DNA from: Candidatus Spongiisociaceae bacterium
GTDB lineage: Bacteria > Actinomycetota > Acidimicrobiia > Spongiisociales > Spongiisociaceae
Direction: 5' to 3'
DNA length: 64,000 bases
Assembly (NCBI GenBank): GCA_965202665.1
Contig: OZ241841.1
Location: 384,001 to 448,000 of the forward strand
Shown: piece after piece, positions 10,619 through 20,319 of the stretch
How the letters are laid out: every line of letters starts with the position of its first letter
How positions within the stretch are numbered: the first letter of the stretch is position 1
Program-made: the position numbers and the translations under genes
Notes under the pieces: model-generated
Seen by the model: only the letters and a program-made list of their open reading frames with translations
Database searches by the model: none
What the model was told of the DNA's origin: nothing

Positions 10619-11698
10619 TCAACCCGGGCCCGGCCCCGGGCCCTCATCTTTTGATCCGGGTTTGGTCAAACCTATGCGGCGGTAAGCCTCCTCGGGGATG
10701 GCCTCCACCGTCTTGTACACCGTCCAAGTGCATTTTTTGGGTTCCGGACCGGAGGTTTCATCCGGGTAGAGGGGCGAATCCACCACCCGCACCGGATGGC
10801 CCCACCGTTCGGCGGGCAGGCGCTCCAAGGCGAAACAGCAGTGGGCGCAGTAGTAGCACACCCCTTTCTCGTTCCAAGCCCAATCGTGTTCCTCCTGCGT
10901 CACGCCGAACCGGTAGGGGGGCAGAACCCGCGACCCGGTGCCCTCCTCCGGGTCGCCCCGCGAGGAGCGCCCGCCGGAGCCGCACGGGTCGAAACTGATC
11001 ACCCATCGGTCCTCGTATTCGTCGAAGTCCATGTCCCCCCGCCGCTCCGGGCCGCACAGGTGGGCCCGCATCGCCTCGACGGCGGTGTACAGATTGCGGA
11101 AGATGGTGTCGGCGTAGTCCCGTTCCCGCAGGTCGAAGGGCATGTAACGTTCCTGGATGTAAGGTTCCAACGTGCGGCGGTACATGTCCTCCAAAGAGGC
11201 CTCCCCGAAGCGGCCGGCGGCGAAAGCCAAAATCCCCGACAAGTAGTCCACCCACCGGTCGTGCAACATCCGCCACCCTTCCCGCAACCCGTCCATGTCG
11301 GAAACGGCCTCCCGCTCCCCGATCTCGCCGGAACGCACCAGGTTACCCAACCGGCCGGCCCGCTCCCCCAGTTCCTCCCACATCGTGAAAGGCAGAAACA
11401 GCGACCCGTCGGGCAACCGCAGCAGCCAGGCCAGCCTGCGCACCTCGGCGTCCAGTTCCTTCTCCCCCACCCCCCGCTCCCGCAGCCAACCCTCAAACCC
11501 CTCCGACCAAATCTTGTAAATGGAAAAAACCACTTTGGCCTCTTCCATGAAGTAGTCGATCAGCTGGGCGGCCGCCTCCGCTTCCCCTTCCCGCACCGCC
11601 TCCTCAATTTTGTCCACGGTGGGGATGATCTGGTCGGCCCAGTCGCCGGTGCGGACCCGTTTCCCCAAATCGTCGGACCAAGTGAGATTAGTAACCAT
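10619..11698 (-). CDS. Uncharacterised Cys-motif protein (paralog A of 20320..21447)
   Basis: EAMRAH, FDPCGSGG, GVCYYCAHC and CTWTVYK, shared with the paralog; AAAGGA RBS. Confidence 0.8.
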   Translation of the reverse strand: MVTNLTWSDDLGKRVRTGDWADQIIPTVDKIEEAVREGEAEAAAQLIDYFMEEAKVVFSIYKIWSEGFEGWLRERGVGEKELDAEVRRLAWLLRLPDGSLFLPFTMWEELGERAGRLGNLVRSGEIGEREAVSDMDGLREGWRMLHDRWVDYLSGILAFAAGRFGEASLEDMYRRTLEPYIQERYMPFDLRERDYADTIFRNLYTAVEAMRAHLCGPERRGDMDFDEYEDRWVISFDPCGSGGRSSRGDPEEGTGSRVLPPYRFGVTQEEHDWAWNEKGVCYYCAHCCFALERLPAERWGHPVRVVDSPLYPDETSGPEPKKCTWTVYKTVEAIPEEAYRRIGLTKPGSKDEGPGPGPG

Positions 11699-11747
11699 GG
11701 TTGCGGGTTCCTTTCTGATATGCTGGCGGTCGCTCCCGGGAGACCCT

Positions 11748-12569
11748 ATCAACGCTACCATTCTTGGGCTGGGAGGCGCAGTCGCGTTCGCGGTCGGGTC
11801 GCTGATGACCAAACATTTCGTGGACCGGCTGCCCCCGTTGCAACTCATCGGCCCGCTTTACCTGCTCAACGCCGCCGTGCTGGCGCCGGCCGCCCCGTTC
11901 ACCGACTGGCATTGGACGCCCCGCATTGGAATATTGCATCTGATCAGCCTAGCCGTCATTTGCATTACCGCTTTGGCCATCTTCCGGTTGCTGGAACACG
12001 GGGCGGCCTCGGCGGTCACCACCGCCGCCGCCACCAGCCCTTTCCCGACCGTGCTGGCCACCGCCCTGCTGATACCGGCCGGGTTCCGATGGGTGGAAGC
12101 GGCGGCGGCGGCGCTGGTGGTGGGCGGGGTGCTGTGGGCGGTGTCCGACTCTTTCCAACGGCTGGGGAGGACGGCCACGGTGCTGACCGCGGCGGCCGCT
12201 TCGGCGGGCACCGGGATGACCACGGTTATGGCCCGCCTGCTCATCGACGAAGGGGCCGGACTGGTGGAAATCTACGTGGTGCGCACCGCGCTGGCCGGGG
12301 CCCTGTTCACCTTGGCCGCCCCGCCCCGGGACATTCCCCGCGGGGCCTGGCGGTGGCTGGCGTTGCGGTCCTGTTTCATCACCGGCGGGTTTTCCCTGTC
12401 CATCATCGGCTTGCGCTACGGAAGCCCGGCCCTGGTGCAAACCATGCTGGCCACCATGCCCCTGTTCGTGATCGGAGGGGAAACGATGCTCTCCCGCCGC
12501 CGCCCCAACCTGCGGGTGGCGGGAGCGGCCGCCCTGGCCGCGGCCGGGGTGGCCCTGGTGTCCTTCTAG
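11748..12569 (+). CDS. DMT/EamA-family membrane transporter (start uncertain)
   Basis: About 10 hydrophobic segments in two repeats; ORF open from 11610. Confidence 0.7.
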   Translation: MNATILGLGGAVAFAVGSLMTKHFVDRLPPLQLIGPLYLLNAAVLAPAAPFTDWHWTPRIGILHLISLAVICITALAIFRLLEHGAASAVTTAAATSPFPTVLATALLIPAGFRWVEAAAAALVVGGVLWAVSDSFQRLGRTATVLTAAAASAGTGMTTVMARLLIDEGAGLVEIYVVRTALAGALFTLAAPPRDIPRGAWRWLALRSCFITGGFSLSIIGLRYGSPALVQTMLATMPLFVIGGETMLSRRRPNLRVAGAAALAAAGVALVSF

Positions 12570-12635
12570 CGCCGGGCGGGCCGCCGCCCCCCGAATTTCA
12601 ACCCCCGCCCAACTGTATGAAACCCGCCTGTTGCC

Positions 12636-12956
12636 TTACGCGGGGCACGACTGCGTCCGGCGGAGAAACTCCTCGCTTTCGGAATCATCCGCGGCCTGGT
12701 TGGGCGGTTGGTTGGTAACCGTCTGCGCCACTTCCGGGATGCCGTTGTCGTGAGCCAGGGTCCGAATCAGGCAGCTGGTGAGAAACTGCTGTTGATGCAG
12801 GACGGAATATATCTCCTTCAGCATCCGCCCGGTGATAGACAGGTGGGCGTCGTCCGCCAAGGCGTAAATGTCCTTGAACTTGCTCTCCGAGTCGGGATGG
12901 TCGGCCTCCAACCCCCGCTCGTCCATCATGCGCCACAGCACTTCCAGCTCGGTCAT
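12636..12956 (-). CDS. Hypothetical protein
   Basis: AGGGAGG RBS before ATG 12956; globular-looking composition. Confidence 0.5.
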   Translation of the reverse strand: MTELEVLWRMMDERGLEADHPDSESKFKDIYALADDAHLSITGRMLKEIYSVLHQQQFLTSCLIRTLAHDNGIPEVAQTVTNQPPNQAADDSESEEFLRRTQSCPA

Positions 12957-13142
12957 TTTCCCCTCCCTATAGCGGACGACTGGGTTGTCCAAAGCATCAT
13001 AACCACCGGGGCGGATCTAGTTGAACAAGTCCGTCTGCAAGGCGGGCGGGGCGGTTTTCCCGGCAACCCCCGGGGGTTTGTCGGAGGGCTGTGCTAAAGT
13101 CCTTCCCGTTACGGAAACGGCGGCGAGACGAGGAGGGCCGAG

Positions 13143-13457
13143 ATGCAGCGAGCCTGCTTCACTTTTGAGATTTATCCGCACATGGCGGACGAGTACAAGA
13201 AGCGCCACGATGAGATCTGGCCGGAGCTGGTGGATCTTATCCGGGAGTCCGGCTTGAAGAACTACACCCTGTTCCGGCGGGGAACGCAGGTGATCGCCTA
13301 TGTGGAATGCCACCCGGATGTGGAAACCGCCTTCGCCAAGGTGGGGGCCTCCGAGGTGAACGCCCGCTGGTCCAAATGGTTCGAGGAGGTGATCGTCAGC
13401 CTGGTGGACGAGGACGGCAACCTCTACTGGGCGGACGAAGTTTGGCACCAGGACTGA
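13143..13457 (+). CDS. rhaM: L-rhamnose mutarotase family protein
   Basis: EYKKRHDEIWPEL..SGLKNYTLF..VNARW motif; 104 aa. Confidence 0.88.
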   Translation: MQRACFTFEIYPHMADEYKKRHDEIWPELVDLIRESGLKNYTLFRRGTQVIAYVECHPDVETAFAKVGASEVNARWSKWFEEVIVSLVDEDGNLYWADEVWHQD

Positions 13458-13476
13458 GCCTCCCCGTCCGCCCCTT

Positions 13477-14934
13477 TTGCCGGTAACGGCGAAGCGGAGC
13501 CCCCGGTTGCTTCTGTCCGAAGGCGCTCCCGCCGGCTCCCGGTTGCGGATCGGGCTGGTGTGCGTCTACTTCGGCCTGTTCGACGAGGCGATGCCCCCCG
13601 AATTCCGGGCCGAGCGGACGGCGGTCGCCGAACGGATGCGGGAACGGCTGGAACGGATGGGGGAAGTGGTCTATCCGGGGCTGGTGGACTCCGAGGAGGC
13701 GGGACGGGCGGCGGCGGCCCTGTTCGCCGAACAACCGGTGGACGTGATCGTGTTCGCCCCCACCATGGCCGCCCCGCCCGGCTACGGATGGGAAGCGATA
13801 CGGGAGTTGGACGGCGTCCCGGTGATCGCAGTGGGGGAACAGGAGTCGCAGGCCGTCCCCGACGACTACCACACCGAGGAGGCCACCCGGCGCAGCCTGA
13901 CCGTGGGCCTGCCGATGTTCACCAACGTGCTGTTCCGGTTCGGGCGCCCTTTCATCGCCTTATTCGGCCATTCCCAAATGCCGGGCATGGACAAAGCCAT
14001 TGGCGATGCGTTGTCGGCGGCGGCGGCCGCGGCGGCGGTGCGCGGTTGCCGGTTGCTGGCGGTGGGCGAGCCCATCCCCGGCTACCTGGATGTGGAAACC
14101 ACCCCGTCGGCCCTGGCTTCCCTGGGGGTGGAAACGGTTGCGGTGGACGCGGACGGGATCGGGGGGGCGTACGAGGCGGTGGACGGATCGGCGGTGCGGG
14201 AACTGGCCGGGCGAATACGGGGCTCCTGCCATTTGGAGGCGGTGGACGAGTCCGTCCTGGAACGTTCCGCCCGCTTGGCGCTGGCTTTGGAAAACTTGTG
14301 CGCCGAACACGGAGCGGCGGGCGGGGCGGTGAACTGCCATGGGGAGGTTCTGCGGCGCAACCCGCGGGTGGGCATCACCGCCTGCCTGGGGGTGACGCGG
14401 TGCAGCGAAATGGGACGGCCTTTCGCCTGCACCGGGGACATCCCGGCCGGGATCGCCCTGCTCATCGGCAAAAAGTTGGCCGGGGCCGCCCTGTATTGCG
14501 AGTTGTATCAACTGGACTTCGCAGGCGACTGGGTGCTGGCGGCCAACGGGGGGGAAGGCGACCCGGCCATCCGCCGCGATGGGGCCCCGTTGCGCCTGCT
14601 CCCCGAAGACCATTACCTGGGGGAGCGGGGGCCGGGCGTGGCGGCCGCTTTTGAACTTCCGGCGGGCCCGGCCACTTTGATGAGCCTGACCCACGTCGAC
14701 CATTCCGACGGATGGGCGCTGACGGTCGCCGAAGGGCAGATTGTAGGGTCCCGCCATCATCGGATGGACGGTCCCAACGGGATGTTCCGGTTCCGGTCCG
14801 GCTCGGTGGCCAAAGGCTACGTCCGCTGGTGCGCGGCGGGGGCCACCCACCACGCCGTCCTCATCCCCGGCCACCGCGCAAAAGATCTGAACAACGTCTC
14901 CAATTTCCTGAAAATTGACTACCGGCCCGTCTGA
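13477..14934 (+). CDS. L-arabinose/L-fucose isomerase-like protein (paralog 1)
   Basis: GAVNCH, C-TGD, GPATL..L, AEG and C-terminal THH, the AraA/FucI fold pattern. Confidence 0.78.
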   Translation: MPVTAKRSPRLLLSEGAPAGSRLRIGLVCVYFGLFDEAMPPEFRAERTAVAERMRERLERMGEVVYPGLVDSEEAGRAAAALFAEQPVDVIVFAPTMAAPPGYGWEAIRELDGVPVIAVGEQESQAVPDDYHTEEATRRSLTVGLPMFTNVLFRFGRPFIALFGHSQMPGMDKAIGDALSAAAAAAAVRGCRLLAVGEPIPGYLDVETTPSALASLGVETVAVDADGIGGAYEAVDGSAVRELAGRIRGSCHLEAVDESVLERSARLALALENLCAEHGAAGGAVNCHGEVLRRNPRVGITACLGVTRCSEMGRPFACTGDIPAGIALLIGKKLAGAALYCELYQLDFAGDWVLAANGGEGDPAIRRDGAPLRLLPEDHYLGERGPGVAAAFELPAGPATLMSLTHVDHSDGWALTVAEGQIVGSRHHRMDGPNGMFRFRSGSVAKGYVRWCAAGATHHAVLIPGHRAKDLNNVSNFLKIDYRPV

Positions 14935-15047
14935 ACCCGTCCGCCTCCATCGTCCGGGAAGCCCCGCTCGGTTAAAATGTCACACCCCCGGTCTAAGTTG
15001 AATTTCGCAAACGGAAAGGCGGCGCGCGCCGCGCCGAGGAGAAGGCC

Positions 15048-16634
15048 ATGACCACGCAACAGGACTCCCCGCATCCGCTTAATCGGCACATGGTGATCGC
15101 CGACAACCTGGAACTGTTGCGGGCGTTGGACAACGAAACGGTGGATCTGATCGTCACCGACCCACCCTTCGCCAAAAACGACGCCTTCACCGGCGACCTG
15201 AAGCCCCCCCTCGGCCCCGAAGAGCTGGCCCTGGAGCAACGCACCCTGGCCGACTGGGGAATCGACGGCCCGGCCGCAGCCGAGGCGGCGGGCGTCGAAT
15301 GGCCGCAAAACGGCGACGCCGCCGCCGCCGGGTTCTCCGACATCTGGGCCTGGGAGAAGGACGTCCACGAGGAGTGGCTGGACAAAATCGAGGCCGAGCG
15401 CCAAGCGGTGGCCAAAGCGATCGACGCCGCCCGCTTCTCGCATTCCGACGGGCACGCCGCCTACCTGTCCTACATGGCCATCCGCCTCATAGAAATGCGC
15501 CGCATCCTGAAACCCACCGGGTCGTTGTTTTTGCACTGCGACTCCACCGCCAACTCCTACCTGCGACAAGTGCTGGATGCGGTGTTCGGACCAAAAAACC
15601 TCCGCAACGAAATCGTTTGGTCTTACCGAACGGGCGGAGCCTCGAGAACCCGTTTCTCCAGCAAGCACGATACCATTTTTTTCTATTCCAAAACCTCGCA
15701 ATGGACATATAACAAACCTAAAGAAAAATCGTACACCAAATCCAAAACGCGCAAACCGGGTGTTGTCAACTACGGAGGCGGCGAGGCCGAATTTTTTCAG
15801 GACGAACAAGGCGTTTACAACCTGGTAAATATGCGGGACGTGTGGGATATTCCCTACATCGGCAGCACCGACCCGGAACGGACCGGCTATCCCACCCAAA
15901 AACCGGTCGCCCTTGCGGAACGGATCATCGGAGCGGCCTCCCGCCCGGGGGATATGGTGTTGGACCCGTTCGCCGGGTGCGCCTATGTACCGGTGGCGGC
16001 GGAACGGCTGGGACGGCAGTGGATCGCGTGCGACATCAACCCCCGCGCCCTGACCGTGGTGCGACGGCAGTTCAACAAGTTCCATTACGCGGTGGACGGC
16101 CAAAATCCGGACTTGGCCATGGAAGAAGGAAAACAGACCGCCCTGCTGGCCGACGCTGAAATCAAAATCGTCCGCCCCGACGCCATACCCCGGCGAACCA
16201 CCCAAGATCCGAAGCCCGCCGCGGCGGCTAAACCGCGCCAACGCAAATTCAAGCATCCCAGCAGTCACATACCGAAGGGGGAAATGCGCGATTTCCTGTT
16301 ACGGCTGTCCGGATGGCGGTGTTGGACCTGCGGATACGCCAACACCGTTGAAGCCTCGCCCGGCGAGTACCGGTTAGACCAGTCGGCGGACAACTTTGAG
16401 TTGGATCATATAACACCCATCACGCAGGGGGGCGACCATCAGATCACCAACCGGGCGGCCTTGTGCCCCTCCTGCAACAGGCGTAAAAGCGGACGGGACA
16501 TCACCCTCACCGCCTTCCGCGATGAAAACATCCGGAAAGGCCGCCTCCGGGTGCCCTCACCCGACCAACTAGTAGACTTAGCCCGGGCCAGACACGAAAC
16601 CCGCGAATACTACGTAAAATACCGCAACCAGTAA
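15048..16634 (+). CDS. Beta-class amino DNA methyltransferase fused to a C-terminal HNH endonuclease
   Basis: DPPF precedes YPTQKP and LDPFAG; C-terminal CWTC..ELDH..GG..N..LCPSCNRRK. Confidence 0.88.
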   Translation: MTTQQDSPHPLNRHMVIADNLELLRALDNETVDLIVTDPPFAKNDAFTGDLKPPLGPEELALEQRTLADWGIDGPAAAEAAGVEWPQNGDAAAAGFSDIWAWEKDVHEEWLDKIEAERQAVAKAIDAARFSHSDGHAAYLSYMAIRLIEMRRILKPTGSLFLHCDSTANSYLRQVLDAVFGPKNLRNEIVWSYRTGGASRTRFSSKHDTIFFYSKTSQWTYNKPKEKSYTKSKTRKPGVVNYGGGEAEFFQDEQGVYNLVNMRDVWDIPYIGSTDPERTGYPTQKPVALAERIIGAASRPGDMVLDPFAGCAYVPVAAERLGRQWIACDINPRALTVVRRQFNKFHYAVDGQNPDLAMEEGKQTALLADAEIKIVRPDAIPRRTTQDPKPAAAAKPRQRKFKHPSSHIPKGEMRDFLLRLSGWRCWTCGYANTVEASPGEYRLDQSADNFELDHITPITQGGDHQITNRAALCPSCNRRKSGRDITLTAFRDENIRKGRLRVPSPDQLVDLARARHETREYYVKYRNQ

Positions 16635-16651
16635 TAGGAAAGGAAATCAAA

Positions 16652-18805
16652 ATGAAGGCAGATGAAACTTTTTTGTTGACATTTCTTAATAATGCTCGGC
16701 AGTTGGCAGTTCCCATCTACCAAAGAACCTACTCTTGGGAGGAGCCTGAGTGCCAGCAGCTGTGGGATGACATCCTTAGAACAGGGAGTAACGATCAGAT
16801 CGAAACTCACTTTCTAGGTTCAATCGTATGCCTTGGTAAAATACAAGCGGTAACAAATCCAGAGCCGATGCTAATCATCGATGGACAACAACGGCTAACT
16901 ACTATAACCCTTTTGTTAGAAGCTATTGCTAGATCCATACAACAAGAGTCAGAAATAGTTACTGGATTCTCGACTAACAAGATCAGGTATAACTATTTAC
17001 ATAATGCAAACGAGTCGGGTGAAAAATATTATAAATTAATACTGAACAAAACTGACAAAGAAACCCTGTTTTCTATAATAGATGATGGTCCGATGCCCTC
17101 TATTCCTTCTATACGAATTAAAGAAAATTTTACCTTCTTTATGAATAAAATAGCGGAAGACAAACAAAAACTTTTAATAATTTGTGAAGGAATAGCAAAG
17201 CTGATGATAGTAGATATTTCATTAGACTGGAGTCAAGATAACCCTCAACTAATATTTGAGAGCTTGAATTCTACAGGAAAAGAGTTAAGTCAAGCTGATT
17301 TAATTCGTAATTTTGTACTGATGGGACAAGAGAAGAGGAAGCAGGATCACTTATATAATCGTTATTGGTATACCATGGAAAGTTCTTTTGGTCAAGAGAA
17401 CTATGCAAATGATTTTGATGATTTTATGCGCTATTATCTAACAGTCAAAAATGGAGTAACACCCAATAAAAGAGATGTATATAAGGAATTCAAGCTCTTA
17501 ACATACAAAGAATCACTTGATATAGAAGCCGTCATAAAAGATGTGCACAAATACTCCCAATACTACTGTTACTTGGCATTCGGCCAAGAAACAAATTCAG
17601 AACTGGATAGTAGCTTTTTTGATTTGCAACAATTGAAAACTTCGGTCACATATCCTCTACTACTTGAACTATATGATGATTATGAGAATAATGTATTGGG
17701 TCTGGAGGATTTTGTTACTGCCGTTGGAATCATAGAAAGTTATATTTTCCGTCGGGCGGTTTGTGATATACCATCAAGTTCAATGAAAAAGACCTTCGAA
17801 TCGTTTGCCAGGAAAATAGATAAATCAAACTATCTAGAAAGCCTTACAGCACAGTTTCTCTTATTGCAAACATATAGACGATTCCCCGATAACCAGGAAT
17901 TTGTGGATAAGCTTATTAAAAAAGATATATATAATTTTCAACGCCGTGAATATCTACTTCGCAAGTTAGAAAACTACGGTCGCAAAGAGGCAGTGTCTGT
18001 TAATGAATATACAATAGAGCATATAATGCCTCAAAACGAGAATCTGTCTTCGGCCTGGCGGGAAGATTTGGGAGAAGATTGGGAAGATATTCACACGAAC
18101 CTGTTACATACTTTGGGTAATCTTACCCTAACAGGATACAACAGCGAGTACAGCGATCGCCCATTTGTCGAAAAAAGAGATATGAAAGGCGGGTTTCGAC
18201 AATCTCCATTACTACTTAATAGAGAATTAGGCTCTTTTGGAAAATGGGACAAGGAAGCAATTCAGCACCGTGCCAATCTCTTATCAAAAAGAGCAACCAA
18301 AGTGTGGCCATTTCCGGACTTACCAGACACTGTTATTGATCGATATCGGCCTGTAAAAGCGAAAGGTGTAAGATTTGCTAATTACACCATTGATGATCAC
18401 AAACATCTTATGAAAGGTGCTGCTATGTACCCTCTCTTTCAACGCTTATCACAAGAAATACAGAACCTTGATCCTACCGTGGTAGAGGTTTTTAGAAAAT
18501 ATTATGTTCCATATAAGGTTGAAGACACCAATTTTACAACCATAGAGGGTTATGCAAATAGTTTACAGATAGGCCTATGTATGCCTCTCGCTAAAATTTA
18601 TGATCCTCGTAAGGTGGCTAAGCCAGTACCCCCCGAACATGACCGGGGACGCTCTGAAGCCAGCGTTCGAATCTACGGCACTGATGATATACCTTATGTT
18701 ATGGGGCTTATTCGTCAGGCCTTCCAGCATTTGATCGAAGACGAGGACGAGGACAACCTCCGCCAACCTGAGCCTCTAGGAGACTTGGATGAAGCCTATT
18801 TTTAG
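16652..18805 (+). CDS. GmrSD-like DUF262/DUF1524 protein with a DUF5655-like C-terminal domain
   Basis: PIYQRTYSW, IDGQQRLTT, FESLNSTG, TIEHIMPQ, LGNLTL..YN; AT-rich. Confidence 0.9.
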   Translation: MKADETFLLTFLNNARQLAVPIYQRTYSWEEPECQQLWDDILRTGSNDQIETHFLGSIVCLGKIQAVTNPEPMLIIDGQQRLTTITLLLEAIARSIQQESEIVTGFSTNKIRYNYLHNANESGEKYYKLILNKTDKETLFSIIDDGPMPSIPSIRIKENFTFFMNKIAEDKQKLLIICEGIAKLMIVDISLDWSQDNPQLIFESLNSTGKELSQADLIRNFVLMGQEKRKQDHLYNRYWYTMESSFGQENYANDFDDFMRYYLTVKNGVTPNKRDVYKEFKLLTYKESLDIEAVIKDVHKYSQYYCYLAFGQETNSELDSSFFDLQQLKTSVTYPLLLELYDDYENNVLGLEDFVTAVGIIESYIFRRAVCDIPSSSMKKTFESFARKIDKSNYLESLTAQFLLLQTYRRFPDNQEFVDKLIKKDIYNFQRREYLLRKLENYGRKEAVSVNEYTIEHIMPQNENLSSAWREDLGEDWEDIHTNLLHTLGNLTLTGYNSEYSDRPFVEKRDMKGGFRQSPLLLNRELGSFGKWDKEAIQHRANLLSKRATKVWPFPDLPDTVIDRYRPVKAKGVRFANYTIDDHKHLMKGAAMYPLFQRLSQEIQNLDPTVVEVFRKYYVPYKVEDTNFTTIEGYANSLQIGLCMPLAKIYDPRKVAKPVPPEHDRGRSEASVRIYGTDDIPYVMGLIRQAFQHLIEDEDEDNLRQPEPLGDLDEAYF

Positions 18806-20206
18806 GTAGTTGGCTACTATCGCTATCTGGTCGGCTAGGCGTCCGGGGGCGCAGGCACTGTGGTGGTTGACTCCGGCCAGCGCCCAGCGACGCCACGCCG
18901 CCTCCACCGGGTCATCGCCCGCAAACCGGAAGGCCCCGCCCGCCGTGGGGCTGTCCGGGAAGGAACGTTCGGTTATCTCCCCTTCGGCGGCTATCAGGCG
19001 GAAACCGCTCGGTTCGGCGTGGTGGGGGGTGAAACCGACCAGGGTGGCCGGGCCGGGGGGCAGTTCGAACCAGGCGCTGACCCCGGTCAGCGGGTCGGAT
19101 AGAAACCAGGGGTTGGGCTGCAGGCGGGGGCGAACATCCTCCGGACACCAGGCCAGGTCGTGCTCGCCGGAGTTGGCGATGGCCGTCTCCCCCCGCACGA
19201 AGTCGATCGCCTCCACCTCGTGATACAGGGCCGCCCCGCCCAGCCGTTTCGCCACCAGCATGGCGACCGCCGTCACCACATCCCCGGTGCATGTCCAAGG
19301 AACGCCGCGGGTGGTTTCCCGTCCCAGCGCGAAACAGGGCGTCACGCCCGGGTCCTCCCCGTAGCGGATCTGGGGGACATGGCAGTTCATCGCCCCGGCG
19401 TGGAACCCGCCTTCCCGGTCCAGATCCTCCAAGGCGGCCGCCAGTCGCAGAGAACGGGTGCGTGCCGGCTCGTCGGGGGCGGCGTCCTCAAACCTTTCTC
19501 CGATTTCCGCCTCCAACCGGGATATGTCCGAACAGCGCCGGTAGCGGTCGGCTATCTCGTCCGGGGAAACCGCCGCCACTTCCAGGCCGATGGCCCGGCG
19601 CAACTCCCCGTCGTCCGCATCCACGCAGGCGTAGCCGTCCACCGGCCGCCCCACCCGGGCGATGCGGGCCCGGGACACGGCCGCCGCCGTAGCCGCCGCC
19701 CGAATGACCCGCACCAGCCGCCGATAGACCTCCCCGTCCTGCACCGCCCCCACCGCCAACTCAAAAGGGCGGCCCTCCCGGCCCAGCACGTTGGTCAGCA
19801 TGGGCGTCCCCACCGTCGCCCCCTGGGTGGTGATGTCGTACTGGTCAAAACCCACCCATACGCTGCGGGAACGTTGCGCCGCCCATACGATCACCGGCGC
19901 CTCCGGCAACCCGTCCAAAGCGGTTTTGGCGTACATCGGGGGAACGGCCATGGTCTGCATCGCCAAAATCACCTCCGTCCCCGCCCGTGCCATCTCCGCC
20001 GCCGCCCGTTCCCCCGCCTCCGCCGAATCAACCAGCCCCCGCCACGCTATATGCAACCCGCCCGACTCCTCCCCCGCCGCCGCCAAAGCATCCGCCGCCT
20101 GCTCCAGCAAGCCTTCCCGCTCTTGGCGGAAGCCGGGTCCGCCCGCGCTCGGCTCCCAGAAAGTCCAGTAGGGCGCAAGCAAAGCCACCCGGGGTTGGTC
20201 GGACAT
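18776..20206 (-). CDS. L-arabinose/L-fucose isomerase-like protein (paralog 2)
   Basis: GAMNCH, C-TGD, GPATL, AEG, NHH; collinear with 13477..14934. Confidence 0.78.
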   Translation of the reverse strand: MSDQPRVALLAPYWTFWEPSAGGPGFRQEREGLLEQAADALAAAGEESGGLHIAWRGLVDSAEAGERAAAEMARAGTEVILAMQTMAVPPMYAKTALDGLPEAPVIVWAAQRSRSVWVGFDQYDITTQGATVGTPMLTNVLGREGRPFELAVGAVQDGEVYRRLVRVIRAAATAAAVSRARIARVGRPVDGYACVDADDGELRRAIGLEVAAVSPDEIADRYRRCSDISRLEAEIGERFEDAAPDEPARTRSLRLAAALEDLDREGGFHAGAMNCHVPQIRYGEDPGVTPCFALGRETTRGVPWTCTGDVVTAVAMLVAKRLGGAALYHEVEAIDFVRGETAIANSGEHDLAWCPEDVRPRLQPNPWFLSDPLTGVSAWFELPPGPATLVGFTPHHAEPSGFRLIAAEGEITERSFPDSPTAGGAFRFAGDDPVEAAWRRWALAGVNHHSACAPGRLADQIAIVANYLKIGFIQVS

Positions 20207-20319
20207 CGTCGCCTCCTCGCTTGCCTCCCGCGCCTTTTCCCCGGCGTCGCCGACGCGCCGGGCGGTTCAAAGACTAGGGTATTCATTGAAACGTCGCCGG
20301 AACCCGCAAAGGAGCGCAT

